Assembly (NCBI GenBank): GCA_964549075.1
Contig: CAZJUB010000060.1
Coordinates: forward strand, 1-16,350
Length of the DNA: 16,350 nucleotides
Origin: an uncultured archaeon
Lineage (GTDB): Archaea > Asgardarchaeota > Heimdallarchaeia > Heimdallarchaeales > Heimdallarchaeaceae
Reading direction: 5' to 3'
Part shown: positions 1-8,700 of the stretch, in pieces
Layout of the letters: every line of letters starts with the position of its first letter
How positions within the stretch are numbered: position 1 is the first letter of the stretch
The notes under the pieces: model-generated
The model's input: the letters and a program-made list of their open reading frames with translations, nothing else
Told to the model about the DNA's origin: nothing
Database searches by the model: none
Translations under genes and position numbers: made by a program

Positions 1-506
1 AATGTGTTTATTATAGCACCACCACCAAAAAATGATTCCAATCTGAAACTATTAGAGAGTACACCATATTCTTCTGTTAATCCAAAAAGCCAAGAAATTA
101 CAATAAGAACAATGTTAAGTTCAATTAGACTCCTCGTTTTAGTACCTAGAAAATAGTAGAATATTCCAGATGGAGCCACACGTTCAATGAAACTGATTGT
201 TTGATCTTTCTCTTCTTCAGCTTTTTCAACAAATAAAGTATCTTTATCATGAAATAATAAAAATGAAACTCTTTTACCTTCTTTATTTAATCTATAGAAG
301 TTTTGAGAATCTTTTTCTGTATATGATTCTACTTTTTTAAGATGAAAATAAAGACGACCATCTGTTAGATTTAATTCCTCTTTAATAGAACTAAAAGATA
401 TAGAACCAGATACTCCAATAATCCTTATCAGTTCTCTTCTGACAGGATTTGAAAAAATTTTAAGTTCTATATAAGTTGTGTCGTCTTCTGTCATCGATGC
501 CATCAT
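1..506 (-). CDS. Winged helix-turn-helix (ArsR-like) transcriptional regulator with a probable C-terminal membrane region; partial, 3' end beyond the window
   Basis: Manual translation of the minus strand from ATG 506 (alternatives 503, 494) is open to position 1: MMASMTEDDTTYIELKIFSNPVRRELIRIIGVSGSISFSSIKEELNLTDGRLYFHLKKVESYTEKDSQNFYRLNKEGKRV...LIELNIVLIVISWLFGL...FFGGGAIINT. The pattern SNPVRR-x-I...F..I..EL....G.LYFHLK...Y.L...G is typical of archaeal wHTH domains and is followed by a hydrophobic segment. Not in the supplied ORF track. Confidence 0.8.
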   Translation of the reverse strand, partial: MMASMTEDDTTYIELKIFSNPVRRELIRIIGVSGSISFSSIKEELNLTDGRLYFHLKKVESYTEKDSQNFYRLNKEGKRVSFLLFHDKDTLFVEKAEEEKDQTISFIERVAPSGIFYYFLGTKTRSLIELNIVLIVISWLFGLTEEYGVLSNSFRLESFFGGGAIINT

Positions 507-519
507 ATTTTTTAATTCC

Positions 520-530
520 TTTTATATATT
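520..530 (-). promoter_or_regulatory. Putative TATA box of the wHTH gene
   Basis: Minus strand reads AATATATAAAA about 26-36 nt upstream of ATG 494, which fits a short-leader transcript starting MTEDD. Confidence 0.4.
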
Positions 531-632
531 TGTTTTACTTCATTTTTACTTTAGTTTTCTAAAGTTGTCTTCTTTATTGTTCTAAATAAATATCTATTCA
601 AAAACCGCCACCTAAGATATATCGGTGAAAAA

Positions 633-1661
633 ATGAACGCAAAAGCAAAAATTTTTGGATTAAGCTTATTGGTTCTTATGTTACTTACACTAACACAAGT
701 ATCAGCAGGAAATAAAGTTCTTGGATATCAAGAGCAGAACAAACTCGTCACCGTCACCTACGATACAATAACAATTGAAGTAAATGCTGGTGGAATGGTA
801 CCAAAATTCCAATACAGTGAGGCTGACAGTGGATATGAGTTCAATGTACAACTTAAGTCACTTATAGAATATTTAGACTTTAATGAAGATGGAGCTTTTC
901 AGTTTAATGAAACTGGTATTTGGATGTTGGATCCTGATCCACCATTAGGAGTACATTCAAATGTTTTAGCTCTATCCAGTTTAAGATGGGTATTCAGTGG
1001 TTTTGACGTAGAATATAATGAAGGAACTGATGAGATATCAGCAATTCATTTTGGTTTCATATCTGATATGGTGATGGATCCATTCTTTAGTGATTTAGAA
1101 ATGGAAATTAATGCCCACATGTACTTAGATGATAACACAACTGAAGGTTATACAGTAGTAGGAAAAACAGAGCTAAAATTTGATATAATCATTAGAAATT
1201 GGGAATGGCAACGTAATGATACTAATCTTGCTTTAAGATTTGACATAGCTCCAATTAAAAATACCTACCAGTTAAATGACACAAATGGAAATGCCTGTGA
1301 CACTACAACTAACTCTACTGGTTTTGAAACAAAAGTTATGAATACAGAGGAAATTAAACAAATGTATCAAATCTCAGGTGATGGTGTAGATGGTTACTTT
1401 GCATACGCTAATCAAGCGAGATACAAAATTGCTAGTAATTATGAGTATGGAACAGTAAATGCCACACATTCATCAACTGGTGACGGTACATTACAAACTT
1501 ATCTAAGCTTTGAACACTTTGATGAAGAAGTAATTTATGATCCTTCTGTTGGTGTTGATGAATCAACTTTAGATGAAAGTGGTTCTATCGACTTAGTTTT
1601 CATCAGTGTCGGTGCACTAATGGTAATTGGTTTTGCTTTTTATAGAAAAAAACTAAACTAA
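633..1661 (+). CDS. Secreted, C-terminally membrane-anchored cell-surface glycoprotein (beta-rich, unknown function)
   Basis: Signal peptide MNAKAKIFGLSLLVLMLLTLTQVSA; C-terminal TM segment LVFISVGALMVIGFAF plus basic tail YRKKLN; six N-x-S/T sequons (NET, NTT, NDT, NDT, NST, NAT); acidic DFNEDG loop; GGTGA Shine-Dalgarno just upstream of the ATG. Confidence 0.85.
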   Translation: MNAKAKIFGLSLLVLMLLTLTQVSAGNKVLGYQEQNKLVTVTYDTITIEVNAGGMVPKFQYSEADSGYEFNVQLKSLIEYLDFNEDGAFQFNETGIWMLDPDPPLGVHSNVLALSSLRWVFSGFDVEYNEGTDEISAIHFGFISDMVMDPFFSDLEMEINAHMYLDDNTTEGYTVVGKTELKFDIIIRNWEWQRNDTNLALRFDIAPIKNTYQLNDTNGNACDTTTNSTGFETKVMNTEEIKQMYQISGDGVDGYFAYANQARYKIASNYEYGTVNATHSSTGDGTLQTYLSFEHFDEEVIYDPSVGVDESTLDESGSIDLVFISVGALMVIGFAFYRKKLN

Positions 1662-1686
1662 TTTCTTTTCTTTCTTTTCTTTTTTT
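1662..1686 (+). terminator. Oligo-T (archaeal intrinsic) terminator
   Basis: Pyrimidine/T tract TTTCTTTTCTTTCTTTTCTTTTTTT immediately after the TAA stop. Confidence 0.6.
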
Positions 1687-1730
1687 GACTTAATGACAAG
1701 GAATATTAATCTTGAAAAAATTTTAACCTA

Positions 1731-2303
1731 ATGCCAATTCAGTTATCAAAAGATTCGCCTTTTATCGGAAAAAAAACTCTTCTAAGACCAATAGAACTCT
1801 CAGATCTCGATAGTATTATGGAACACTGGAATAACTATGAAATGAGACTTGGTATGGGTAGTTACATTCCTAATTCTAAGAAAGATAGAGAAGAATGGAT
1901 TAAGAAAACAGATGAAGATATGAAAAATCAGTTTTCTTACACTTTTGCTGTTGTTGAAAAAGATACTAATGAATTTCTTGGAGTAACTGCCTTAAAAAGA
2001 GTTGATAAAACGAACAAAAGTGCATTTTTGAGTATAGCCATTTATAATCCTGAAAATCATGGAAAAGGATTTGGTTCTGATGCTGTTGAATGCGTACTAA
2101 AAGTAGGTTTTAATTTTCTCAATCTTCATCGTATAGAGCTCCATGTGTATGAATTTCTCAAAACAGCAATACATGTCTACGAGAAACTAGGGTTCAAACA
2201 TGTTGGAACCAGAAGAAAAGCTTCATTTATTGCAGGTAGATATGTAGATGATCTAATCATGGATATTCTTGAAGAAGAATTCAGAGAAAGAATTTCTAAT
2301 TGA
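1731..2303 (+). CDS. GNAT family N-acetyltransferase, RimJ/RimL/SpeG-like (Acetyltransf_3)
   Basis: LRPIELSDL at the N-terminus, acetyl-CoA-binding motif HGKGFGSDA, GFNFLNLHRIELHV, AIHVYEKLGFKHVGTRR, GRYVDDLIMDILEEE. Confidence 0.92.
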   Translation: MPIQLSKDSPFIGKKTLLRPIELSDLDSIMEHWNNYEMRLGMGSYIPNSKKDREEWIKKTDEDMKNQFSYTFAVVEKDTNEFLGVTALKRVDKTNKSAFLSIAIYNPENHGKGFGSDAVECVLKVGFNFLNLHRIELHVYEFLKTAIHVYEKLGFKHVGTRRKASFIAGRYVDDLIMDILEEEFRERISN

Positions 2304-2305
2304 AT

Positions 2306-3160
2306 TTAATCTTGGTTTTTTATGAATGTGCCATTTCTATATTCTTCAAAAGCTATCCTTATTTCTTCCTGGGTATTCATCACTATTGGACCTGCCCAGG
2401 CTACTGGCTCTTTAATAGGTTTTCCTGAAATTAACAAGAATCTAAGTTTATTAGCTTCAGTAGTAATCTGAACTTTATCTCCATCATCGTAAATTATCAG
2501 ATTACCTTTACCGATTTTTTGTTTCTTATCATTATCGAAAAATCCTTCTCCTTCTATTACATAAGCAAAAGCGTTATGAGTTGAATCAATATTATGATCA
2601 AATTTTGAATGATGGTTCATAGAAACATCCAAGTATTCTGGTTCAGTCACTATATCTTGAACTGGACCTTTAACACCTTTTAAATCTCCAGATATTATCT
2701 TTACTTTAACAAAATCATCCAAAGTCACAACAGGAATATCACTTTTCTTAACGTCTCTATACCTAGGATCCATCATTTTTTGGGAAGATGGCAGATTGGC
2801 CCACAATTGATAACCAGACATAGAACCTTGTGATTGTTCTGGTAATTCTTGATGAACAATACCACTTCCAGCTGTCATCCATTGAACATCACCAGAACCT
2901 ATTGTCCCTGAGTTACCAAGACTGTCCTCATGGAGGACTTTCCCTTCAAGTACATAGGTAATAGTTTCTATTCCTCTATGGGGATGCCAAGGAAATCCTG
3001 CTATATAATCATCAGGATTTTCTGATCCAAAATCATCTAGAAGTAGAAATGGGTCTAATTTGGGATGAGCTTGACCAAAAGCTCTTTTCAACCTCACTCC
3101 TGCTCCTTCCATTGTCGTTCTACTTTTTTGAACACTATATATCTTTCTTACTTCTAACAT
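2306..3160 (-). CDS. Pirin family protein (Fe-binding bicupin)
   Basis: EGAGVRLKRAFG, DPFLLLDDF, GFPWHPHRGIETITY, GDVQWMTAGSGIVHQE, QLWANLP, EPVAWAGPIVMNT. ATG 3160 is preferred over TTG 3169 because AGGT lies about 10 nt upstream of it. Confidence 0.96.
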   Translation of the reverse strand: MLEVRKIYSVQKSRTTMEGAGVRLKRAFGQAHPKLDPFLLLDDFGSENPDDYIAGFPWHPHRGIETITYVLEGKVLHEDSLGNSGTIGSGDVQWMTAGSGIVHQELPEQSQGSMSGYQLWANLPSSQKMMDPRYRDVKKSDIPVVTLDDFVKVKIISGDLKGVKGPVQDIVTEPEYLDVSMNHHSKFDHNIDSTHNAFAYVIEGEGFFDNDKKQKIGKGNLIIYDDGDKVQITTEANKLRFLLISGKPIKEPVAWAGPIVMNTQEEIRIAFEEYRNGTFIKNQD

Positions 3161-3217
3161 TAGAATCAATACCTATTCTCAGATTACATAAAATGTTTTT
3201 CGCTTTTAATCATTAAC

Positions 3218-3252
3218 ATTAAACAAAAATAAGAAAAGAAGAGAAATATGAA
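3218..3252 (-). terminator. Putative T-rich terminator of the MFS gene
   Basis: Minus strand after the TAG reads TTCATATTTCTCTTCTTTTCTTATTTTTGTTT. Confidence 0.45.
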
Positions 3253-4575
3253 CTACTGTTTTAATTCATATTTATCTAAATCATTCATGAAGAAAGACAA
3301 TATAGCTGCAATTGCTAATATTGCTGCATAGATAACAAAATTCCACACAGCTGTAGTGTTTAAAGCTTCATCAATTGGATTGTTGAATAATCCATACATC
3401 ACAGTAAAAATAAGTGCAATTCCACCCAGTTGTCCTACCCACATTAACCAACCATTAGAGGTTTCTTCTGGCATTGGGTAAGTTATTTCTGCTGCAAAAG
3501 TCAAACCAATTGGTAGAGCTGATATCAGTAGAAAACCAAAAAAGAAACCAATTACACAATGGATAATATAAACTGTGAAGAATGAGGTAATAATCTGATG
3601 AACATATAGATACTCGAATATGAAAAATAGTAACGTCAAAACAGCTCCTGAAATTGCATTAGCTATTAAGAAGGGTTTTCTTTTTCTCATCTTATCTGAA
3701 ATCGTTGATAAGATAATTGCACCTGCTATACCTCCTACTATCATTATGCCACCTAGTATTCCTAGAAAATCATCTGCAGCCATTCCAGTTGAGTCTATTA
3801 CTGATTGAGGAATTTCAAAAATAGATTCAAATACCTCAGCCATCACTGAAGAAATAGCATTGAAAGTCCCAGCTCCAAACAAGAATAATATGAAAAGTAT
3901 ATTGAAATCCTTATTTTTAAACAAATCAAATGTCCCTTTCGTTTCGAATACTTTAGTGTGATCGCTATATGCGTTTGCTGGTGTTGGAGGTTTATCTTTT
4001 ACAAATATAAGATAAAAAACCATTAGACCTAGAGCTATTCCTCCATAGATGTAAAGCATAGTTGTCAAGCTCGAACCAGGAACTAAGAATGGAGTGATTA
4101 ACATTCCAAGTAAAACACCTATTAGAATAAAAGCAGTTCCAAGACTCGTTGCTAGAGCTTTTTCTTCGACTCTAAACCAGTTCGAAGATACTTTTGTGAA
4201 TGAATTAAGCAAGAACGGTTGTCCTATTGCACACCCAATTTGGAAAATTAGTACCCAATAATATTGTGTAGAAACAGCTCTTAAAATTCCAAAAACACCT
4301 GTAAGTACAACGCCTATTCCTACTCCCCACTTTAAACCAAATTTATCCAGAGCTAATGCTGCAGGGATGTTCATTGGTAAATACACTATCATAAACACTA
4401 GAGAGAGCCAGAAAATAGCATTTTTTGATTGTCCATAAAATACCATAGCTTTTGGAGTGATTGCTGCAAAAGTAATCCAGATTATTTGATTGATGAGAGT
4501 AACAAATCCGAATAAAAGTAGTACGACCCATCTATAACCATAGACTTTGTAATTACTAGCTTCTGTAGAATTCAT
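3253..4575 (-). CDS. MFS transporter, FLVCR/SLC49-like
   Basis: About 12 hydrophobic segments. Motifs YKVYGYRWVVL, NQIIWITFAAI, WLSLVFMIVYLP, LDKFGLK, GQPFLLNSFTKVSSNWFRVEEKALATSLG, SDKMRKRK, LPIGLTFAAEITYPMPEETSNG. Probable start is ATG 4575 (MNSTEASN) rather than 4623. Confidence 0.9.
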   Translation of the reverse strand: MNSTEASNYKVYGYRWVVLLLFGFVTLINQIIWITFAAITPKAMVFYGQSKNAIFWLSLVFMIVYLPMNIPAALALDKFGLKWGVGIGVVLTGVFGILRAVSTQYYWVLIFQIGCAIGQPFLLNSFTKVSSNWFRVEEKALATSLGTAFILIGVLLGMLITPFLVPGSSLTTMLYIYGGIALGLMVFYLIFVKDKPPTPANAYSDHTKVFETKGTFDLFKNKDFNILFILFLFGAGTFNAISSVMAEVFESIFEIPQSVIDSTGMAADDFLGILGGIMIVGGIAGAIILSTISDKMRKRKPFLIANAISGAVLTLLFFIFEYLYVHQIITSFFTVYIIHCVIGFFFGFLLISALPIGLTFAAEITYPMPEETSNGWLMWVGQLGGIALIFTVMYGLFNNPIDEALNTTAVWNFVIYAAILAIAAILSFFMNDLDKYELKQ

Positions 4576-4596
4576 ACAGTTAAAGAAAAATACTAA

Positions 4597-4604
4597 TTTA
4601 TAAA
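4597..4604 (-). promoter_or_regulatory. TATA box of the MFS gene (leaderless transcript)
   Basis: TTTATAAA 22-29 nt upstream of ATG 4575, the canonical archaeal spacing; no SD visible. Confidence 0.55.
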
Positions 4605-4732
4605 ATTTTAACCTAAGAATCAATAAGAGGACAGGATTTGATTTTCAACTTAAATCTACTAGTTAAAATTAAGAGATTTAGAATATAGAAATTATAAATT
4701 CGTATTTATATTACTTTCACCACTAAGAATAT

Positions 4733-5103
4733 TTAGAAAGAAAAGATAAAGTACGGATATTCTAATAGAGCTTCTACTTTGTTGTAATGAAGAAGTATGG
4801 CAATTAAGAAAATTGTTGATATAATTTGAATAAAACCAAAATATGTGATATTATTAGCTGTAATTCTTTGCAAATTTATATCAAGAGGATAAGGATCAGT
4901 TGCATTTACATATCCATCAATTGGATATGGATCTTTTTTATCCATTCAGACCAGTAATTACCTTCTTGTGTCGTTTTATCAAACCAGAAATTCGACCACC
5001 ACCATTTCCAAGAAAAATGTCCTTGATCATGTGCTTGTGAAGTTTCACAGGGATTATTATTTATAAATGAATCTTTTTCTAAGCAAATCCCTGTGTATTT
5101 TTG
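4733..5103 (-). pseudogene. C-terminal remnant of a NosD-like/right-handed beta-helix surface protein, 5'-truncated and frameshifted
   Basis: Frame A (from 5103, bounded by TAG 5104-5106, no start codon): QKYTGICLEKDSFINNNPCETSQAHDQGHFSWKWWWSNFWFDKTTQEGNYWSEWIKK. It continues after a 1-nt shift at the A-run (4934-4939) into frame B: KDPYPIDGYVNATDPYPLD followed by hydrophobic YFGFIQIISTIFLIAILL. F.NN...SQA.D.G..N.W....GNYWS....Y.IDG....D.YPL is the characteristic tail of archaeal NosD/CASH beta-helix proteins. Confidence 0.75.
5046..5095. repeat. Perfect 10-bp inverted repeat with 30-nt spacer
   Basis: CACAGGGATT (5046-5055) and AATCCCTGTG (5086-5095). Confidence 0.7.
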
Positions 5104-5130
5104 CTAAAAACACAAATAAAATAAAGATAT

Positions 5131-5610
5131 TCAGAGTTCACCTCTAACTGCTTTACCATAGTAATCATCCTTTACGTAATCAAAAGAATCGAATTTTTTA
5201 GGTGTTACAATTATACAACACCAGGTACCTATTTTTTGCAAACCTGCCCAATAGACTTCCGCTGCTTGCTTATCCATATACCTACTTAATATTGCCATAG
5301 CAAGATCATCAGTGTAACCTTCATCGCCAGGTAGTAATATTTCGGGAGTACCATAGACAATCACTCCCTTACTTTGTTCACTTTGATTGTCAATCATTAC
5401 TGATATTACAGAATTTCTTTTAATATTTCGAGCTTTTTTACTTTTTATAGGAGTGCTGAAGAATATCTGTTTATCTCTCAACAAATACCAGACAGGTGCT
5501 GAATGGACAGTGCCATCCTTGTTTAGAGTGCATATTCTTGCTATTTTCATTTGATTAAGAAAATCATATATTTCCTCTTCAGTCATGCTTGGAGGACCTT
5601 TATATTCCAT
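5131..5610 (-). CDS. Pyridoxamine 5'-phosphate oxidase-like (split beta-barrel flavin/F420-binding) protein
   Basis: MTEEEIYDFL, ARICTLNKDGTVHSAPVWY, FSTPIKSKKARNIKRNSVISVMID, GVIVYG, SFDY; GGTGA SD upstream of the ATG. Confidence 0.88.
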   Translation of the reverse strand: MEYKGPPSMTEEEIYDFLNQMKIARICTLNKDGTVHSAPVWYLLRDKQIFFSTPIKSKKARNIKRNSVISVMIDNQSEQSKGVIVYGTPEILLPGDEGYTDDLAMAILSRYMDKQAAEVYWAGLQKIGTWCCIIVTPKKFDSFDYVKDDYYGKAVRGEL

Positions 5611-5698
5611 GAAATCACCAAAAAAATCAAAGCTTGTTTATGCTTAAAAATCTTTTTACAATCATTGAAAACAAGAGAGATTAAGACAAATCCTCGCC

Positions 5699-5706
5699 TT
5701 TATATA
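5699..5706 (+). promoter_or_regulatory. Putative TATA box of uvrA
   Basis: TTTATATA in the divergent intergenic region, about 50 nt upstream of the start. Confidence 0.45.
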
Positions 5707-5749
5707 TTGAAAAATTGACCAAAAAATAGCAAACTCTGCATAGTTTTAG

Positions 5750-8700
5750 GTGGACGTTTTGGGTAAAGATTCAATAAAGGTAGAAGGGGCAAACGAAAAC
5801 AATCTCAAACACATTTCTGTAGAGATTCCTCATGATAAATTAGTTGTTATAAGTGGAATTTCTGGTAGTGGAAAAAGTTCTCTAGCTTTCAATACTATCT
5901 TCATGGAAGCTCAAAGAAGATATATGGAAACCTTATCAGCCTATGCAAGACAATTTATTGGTAATTTTGACCGTCCAGATGTTGAGCATATAGATGGTTT
6001 AAGACCTACAATATCAATTGATCAAAAAACCATTTCTAGAAATCCACGAAGCACAGTAGGAACTCTTACTGAAATATTTGATTACATGAGAGTCTTATTT
6101 GCGAGAGTAGGTATACCACATTGTCCAGTGTGTAAAGAAAAAATAGAAGCTCAACCTTCAGAACAAATTATTGAACAGATATTTGCAAGTTATGAAGGAG
6201 AGAGGATAAAGATAGTAGCTCCTATGTTTGAAAAACGTAAAGGAGAGTATCGAAAAGAGCTTAATGATTGGAGAGAAGATGGTTTTAACCGTTTAATTAT
6301 TGATGGTAAAGAAGTAAATCTTGATGATGAAGAAGTTACATTAGAACGATATGTTGCTCATGATATAGATATCATAGTAGACAGAAACACATGTGAGAGA
6401 AGAAATGAACCAAGTATTAGAGAAAGTGTCAACTTAGCACTTGAATTATCTAGCGGAAAATTGCAGATAATTGGAGAAAAGAAAGCTAGAATGTTTTCAA
6501 CAAAACTTGTTTGTCCCAAATGTGGTATTGCAATAAATGAATTCAATCCTAGAGATTTCTCATACAATACACCAGTTGGAGCTTGCCTGAGATGTAAGGG
6601 AATAGGAAAGATCCCACAGATTGTTCCAGAAAAATTTGTTAATAAAAAATTATCAATAAAACAAGGTGCCATCGCTACAACAACTTCTAGTGGCAATTAT
6701 ATCACATATAGTGGTATCGGGATTAAGAGTCTTAACTCAATTATAAAACAGCATGGTTTTGATATAAACACACCACTAGAAAAAGTGACTGAAGAACAGC
6801 TGAACATTCTTCTTTATGGTTCTGGGAACAGGGAGTATAAAGTTGAATGGGAATGGGGAAATGAGGAATCAACCTGGAAAGGTCAAGGTGAGTATCTAAC
6901 AAGATGGAAAGGACTTATTCCAAATACAATGGAAGCTTACTATAAAGTTACTTCTAAACCTCGAAAAGAGATTCTAGAAAAATTTATGGATCTTGAAACA
7001 TGCCCAGATTGTAAAGGAGATAGATTAAAACCAGAAAGTCTTGCGGTTCTTTTTAATAACAAGAACATCTCAGAACTAAATAAAATGTCAATACACAGAT
7101 GTCTTAAATTCTTCAATAAAGTAAAACTTGAAGGAGAAGAACAGATTATTGCAGGACCTCTAGTCAAGGAAATCAGAAATAGACTGTCATTCTTAATGGA
7201 AGTAGGTCTACATTATATAACACTGGATAGAGCTGCAAATGAACTTAGTGGGGGAGAAGCTCAAAGAACAAGATTAGCAACTCAGATTGGTTCAAAACTT
7301 CAAGGAGTTAATTATATACTTGATGAACCAAGTATAGGATTAGCAAATCGTGATAATGAGAAATTATTGAGTTCTTTAATAAGATTACGTGATGGAAGAA
7401 ATAGCGTTATTGTAGTTGAACATGATGAAGATACTTTGAGAAATGCAGACATGCTCTTGGATCTGGGACCATATGCTGGGGAAAAAGGAGGAGAGGTTTT
7501 ATTTGCTAAGAATCCTAAACAATTAAGTTTGGAGGATGCAGAAAAATCTATTACTGCAAGATATTTACTTGGGAAAGAGGAAATCTCCATCCCAAAAATA
7601 AGAAGGAAAAGTAAAAAATTCTTGGAATTGAAAGGAGCATCTCATAATAATCTTAAAAGCATCGATATTAAGTTCCCTCTTCAAACTTTCATTGGAATCA
7701 CTGGTGTCTCAGGGTCTGGAAAATCATCTTTAATTACAGACACTCTATATCCAATACTCGTCAACGAACTCCATAATGGTACTCAAAAAGTTGGGAAATA
7801 TAAGTCTATTAATGGTATAGAAAACATCGATAAAGTTGTTGTTATTGACCAATCTCCTATAGGAAGAACATCTAGATCGAATCCTGCAACTTACACTAAA
7901 GTACTTGATCCAATAAGAGAGCTATTTGCTCAACTTCCAACAGCTAAAATAAGAGGGTATACAAAAACAAGATTTACTTTTAACACAAAAGAAGGAAGAT
8001 GTGAAGCTTGCAAAGGTCATGGTTACAACACAATTGAAATGTCACTTTTACCTGATGTGGAAGTAGAATGTGAGATTTGCAAAGGGAACAGATTTGATGA
8101 TGAAACACTCAAGATTAAGTTTCAAAAGTATTCAATAGCTGATATTTTAGATATGACTGTAAGTAAAGCTATGAAGGTATTTAAGAATCAACCTAAGATT
8201 GCTAGAATTCTTCAAACACTATGCGATGTAGGATTAGATTATATCAAACTTGGTCAATCATCAACCACAATCAGTGGGGGAGAAGCACAAAGAATAAAAT
8301 TATCGAGAGAACTCTCGAAAAGAGACACAGGGAATACACTATATATCCTGGACGAACCTACTACAGGATTATCATTTCTAGATATTAAAAAACTCCTAAA
8401 AGTTTTACATAGACTTGTTGATAAAAAGAATACAATAATTATTATTGAACACAATTTAGATGTTATCAAAACCGTTGATTATATAATTGATTTAGGTCCA
8501 GAAGGAGGAGAGGAATATGGTGGTTATATAGTTACAGAAGGCACTCCAGAAGAAGTAATGACATGTGAAAAGTCTTATACAGGTCAAGCTCTTAAAAAGG
8601 TCTTTTTCAGAGATTATAAATCAAAAGAGATTGAACCTTCGTCACATTTAGAAGAAGGAATGGATCCGTCGAATTTTCTATACGTCAGAGGTGCAACAAA

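Noticed and set aside
3620-4531. Short ORFs 3620..3808 (+) and 4343..4531 (-)
   Set aside because: They lie entirely within the MFS gene (antisense or alternate frame) and have no recognisable motifs.
4576-4623. N-terminal extension of the MFS ORF from 4623
   Set aside because: It overlaps the TATA box, and family similarity begins after ATG 4575.
4630-4730. Weak inverted repeat TAAATCT...AGATTTA (4651-4680) as possible ncRNA or MITE
   Set aside because: Only 7 bp and AT-rich, expected by chance; no GC-rich stem, tRNA fold or terminal repeats.
4933-4941. A-AAA-AAG slippery heptamer in the correct phase for programmed -1 frameshifting in the NosD-like remnant
   Set aside because: The upstream frame has no start codon after TAG 5104-5106 and no signal peptide, so translation through the site is unlikely. 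Homopolymer loss in a pseudogene is simpler.
4733-4945. 70-aa ORF as an independent small membrane protein
   Set aside because: Explained as the post-frameshift part of the pseudogene; no SD or promoter evidence.
8651-8662. In-frame ATG at 8660 in the UvrA linker as an internal start for the second unit
   Set aside because: The purine run GAAGAAGGA abuts the ATG without SD spacing and simply encodes EEG; no further support.
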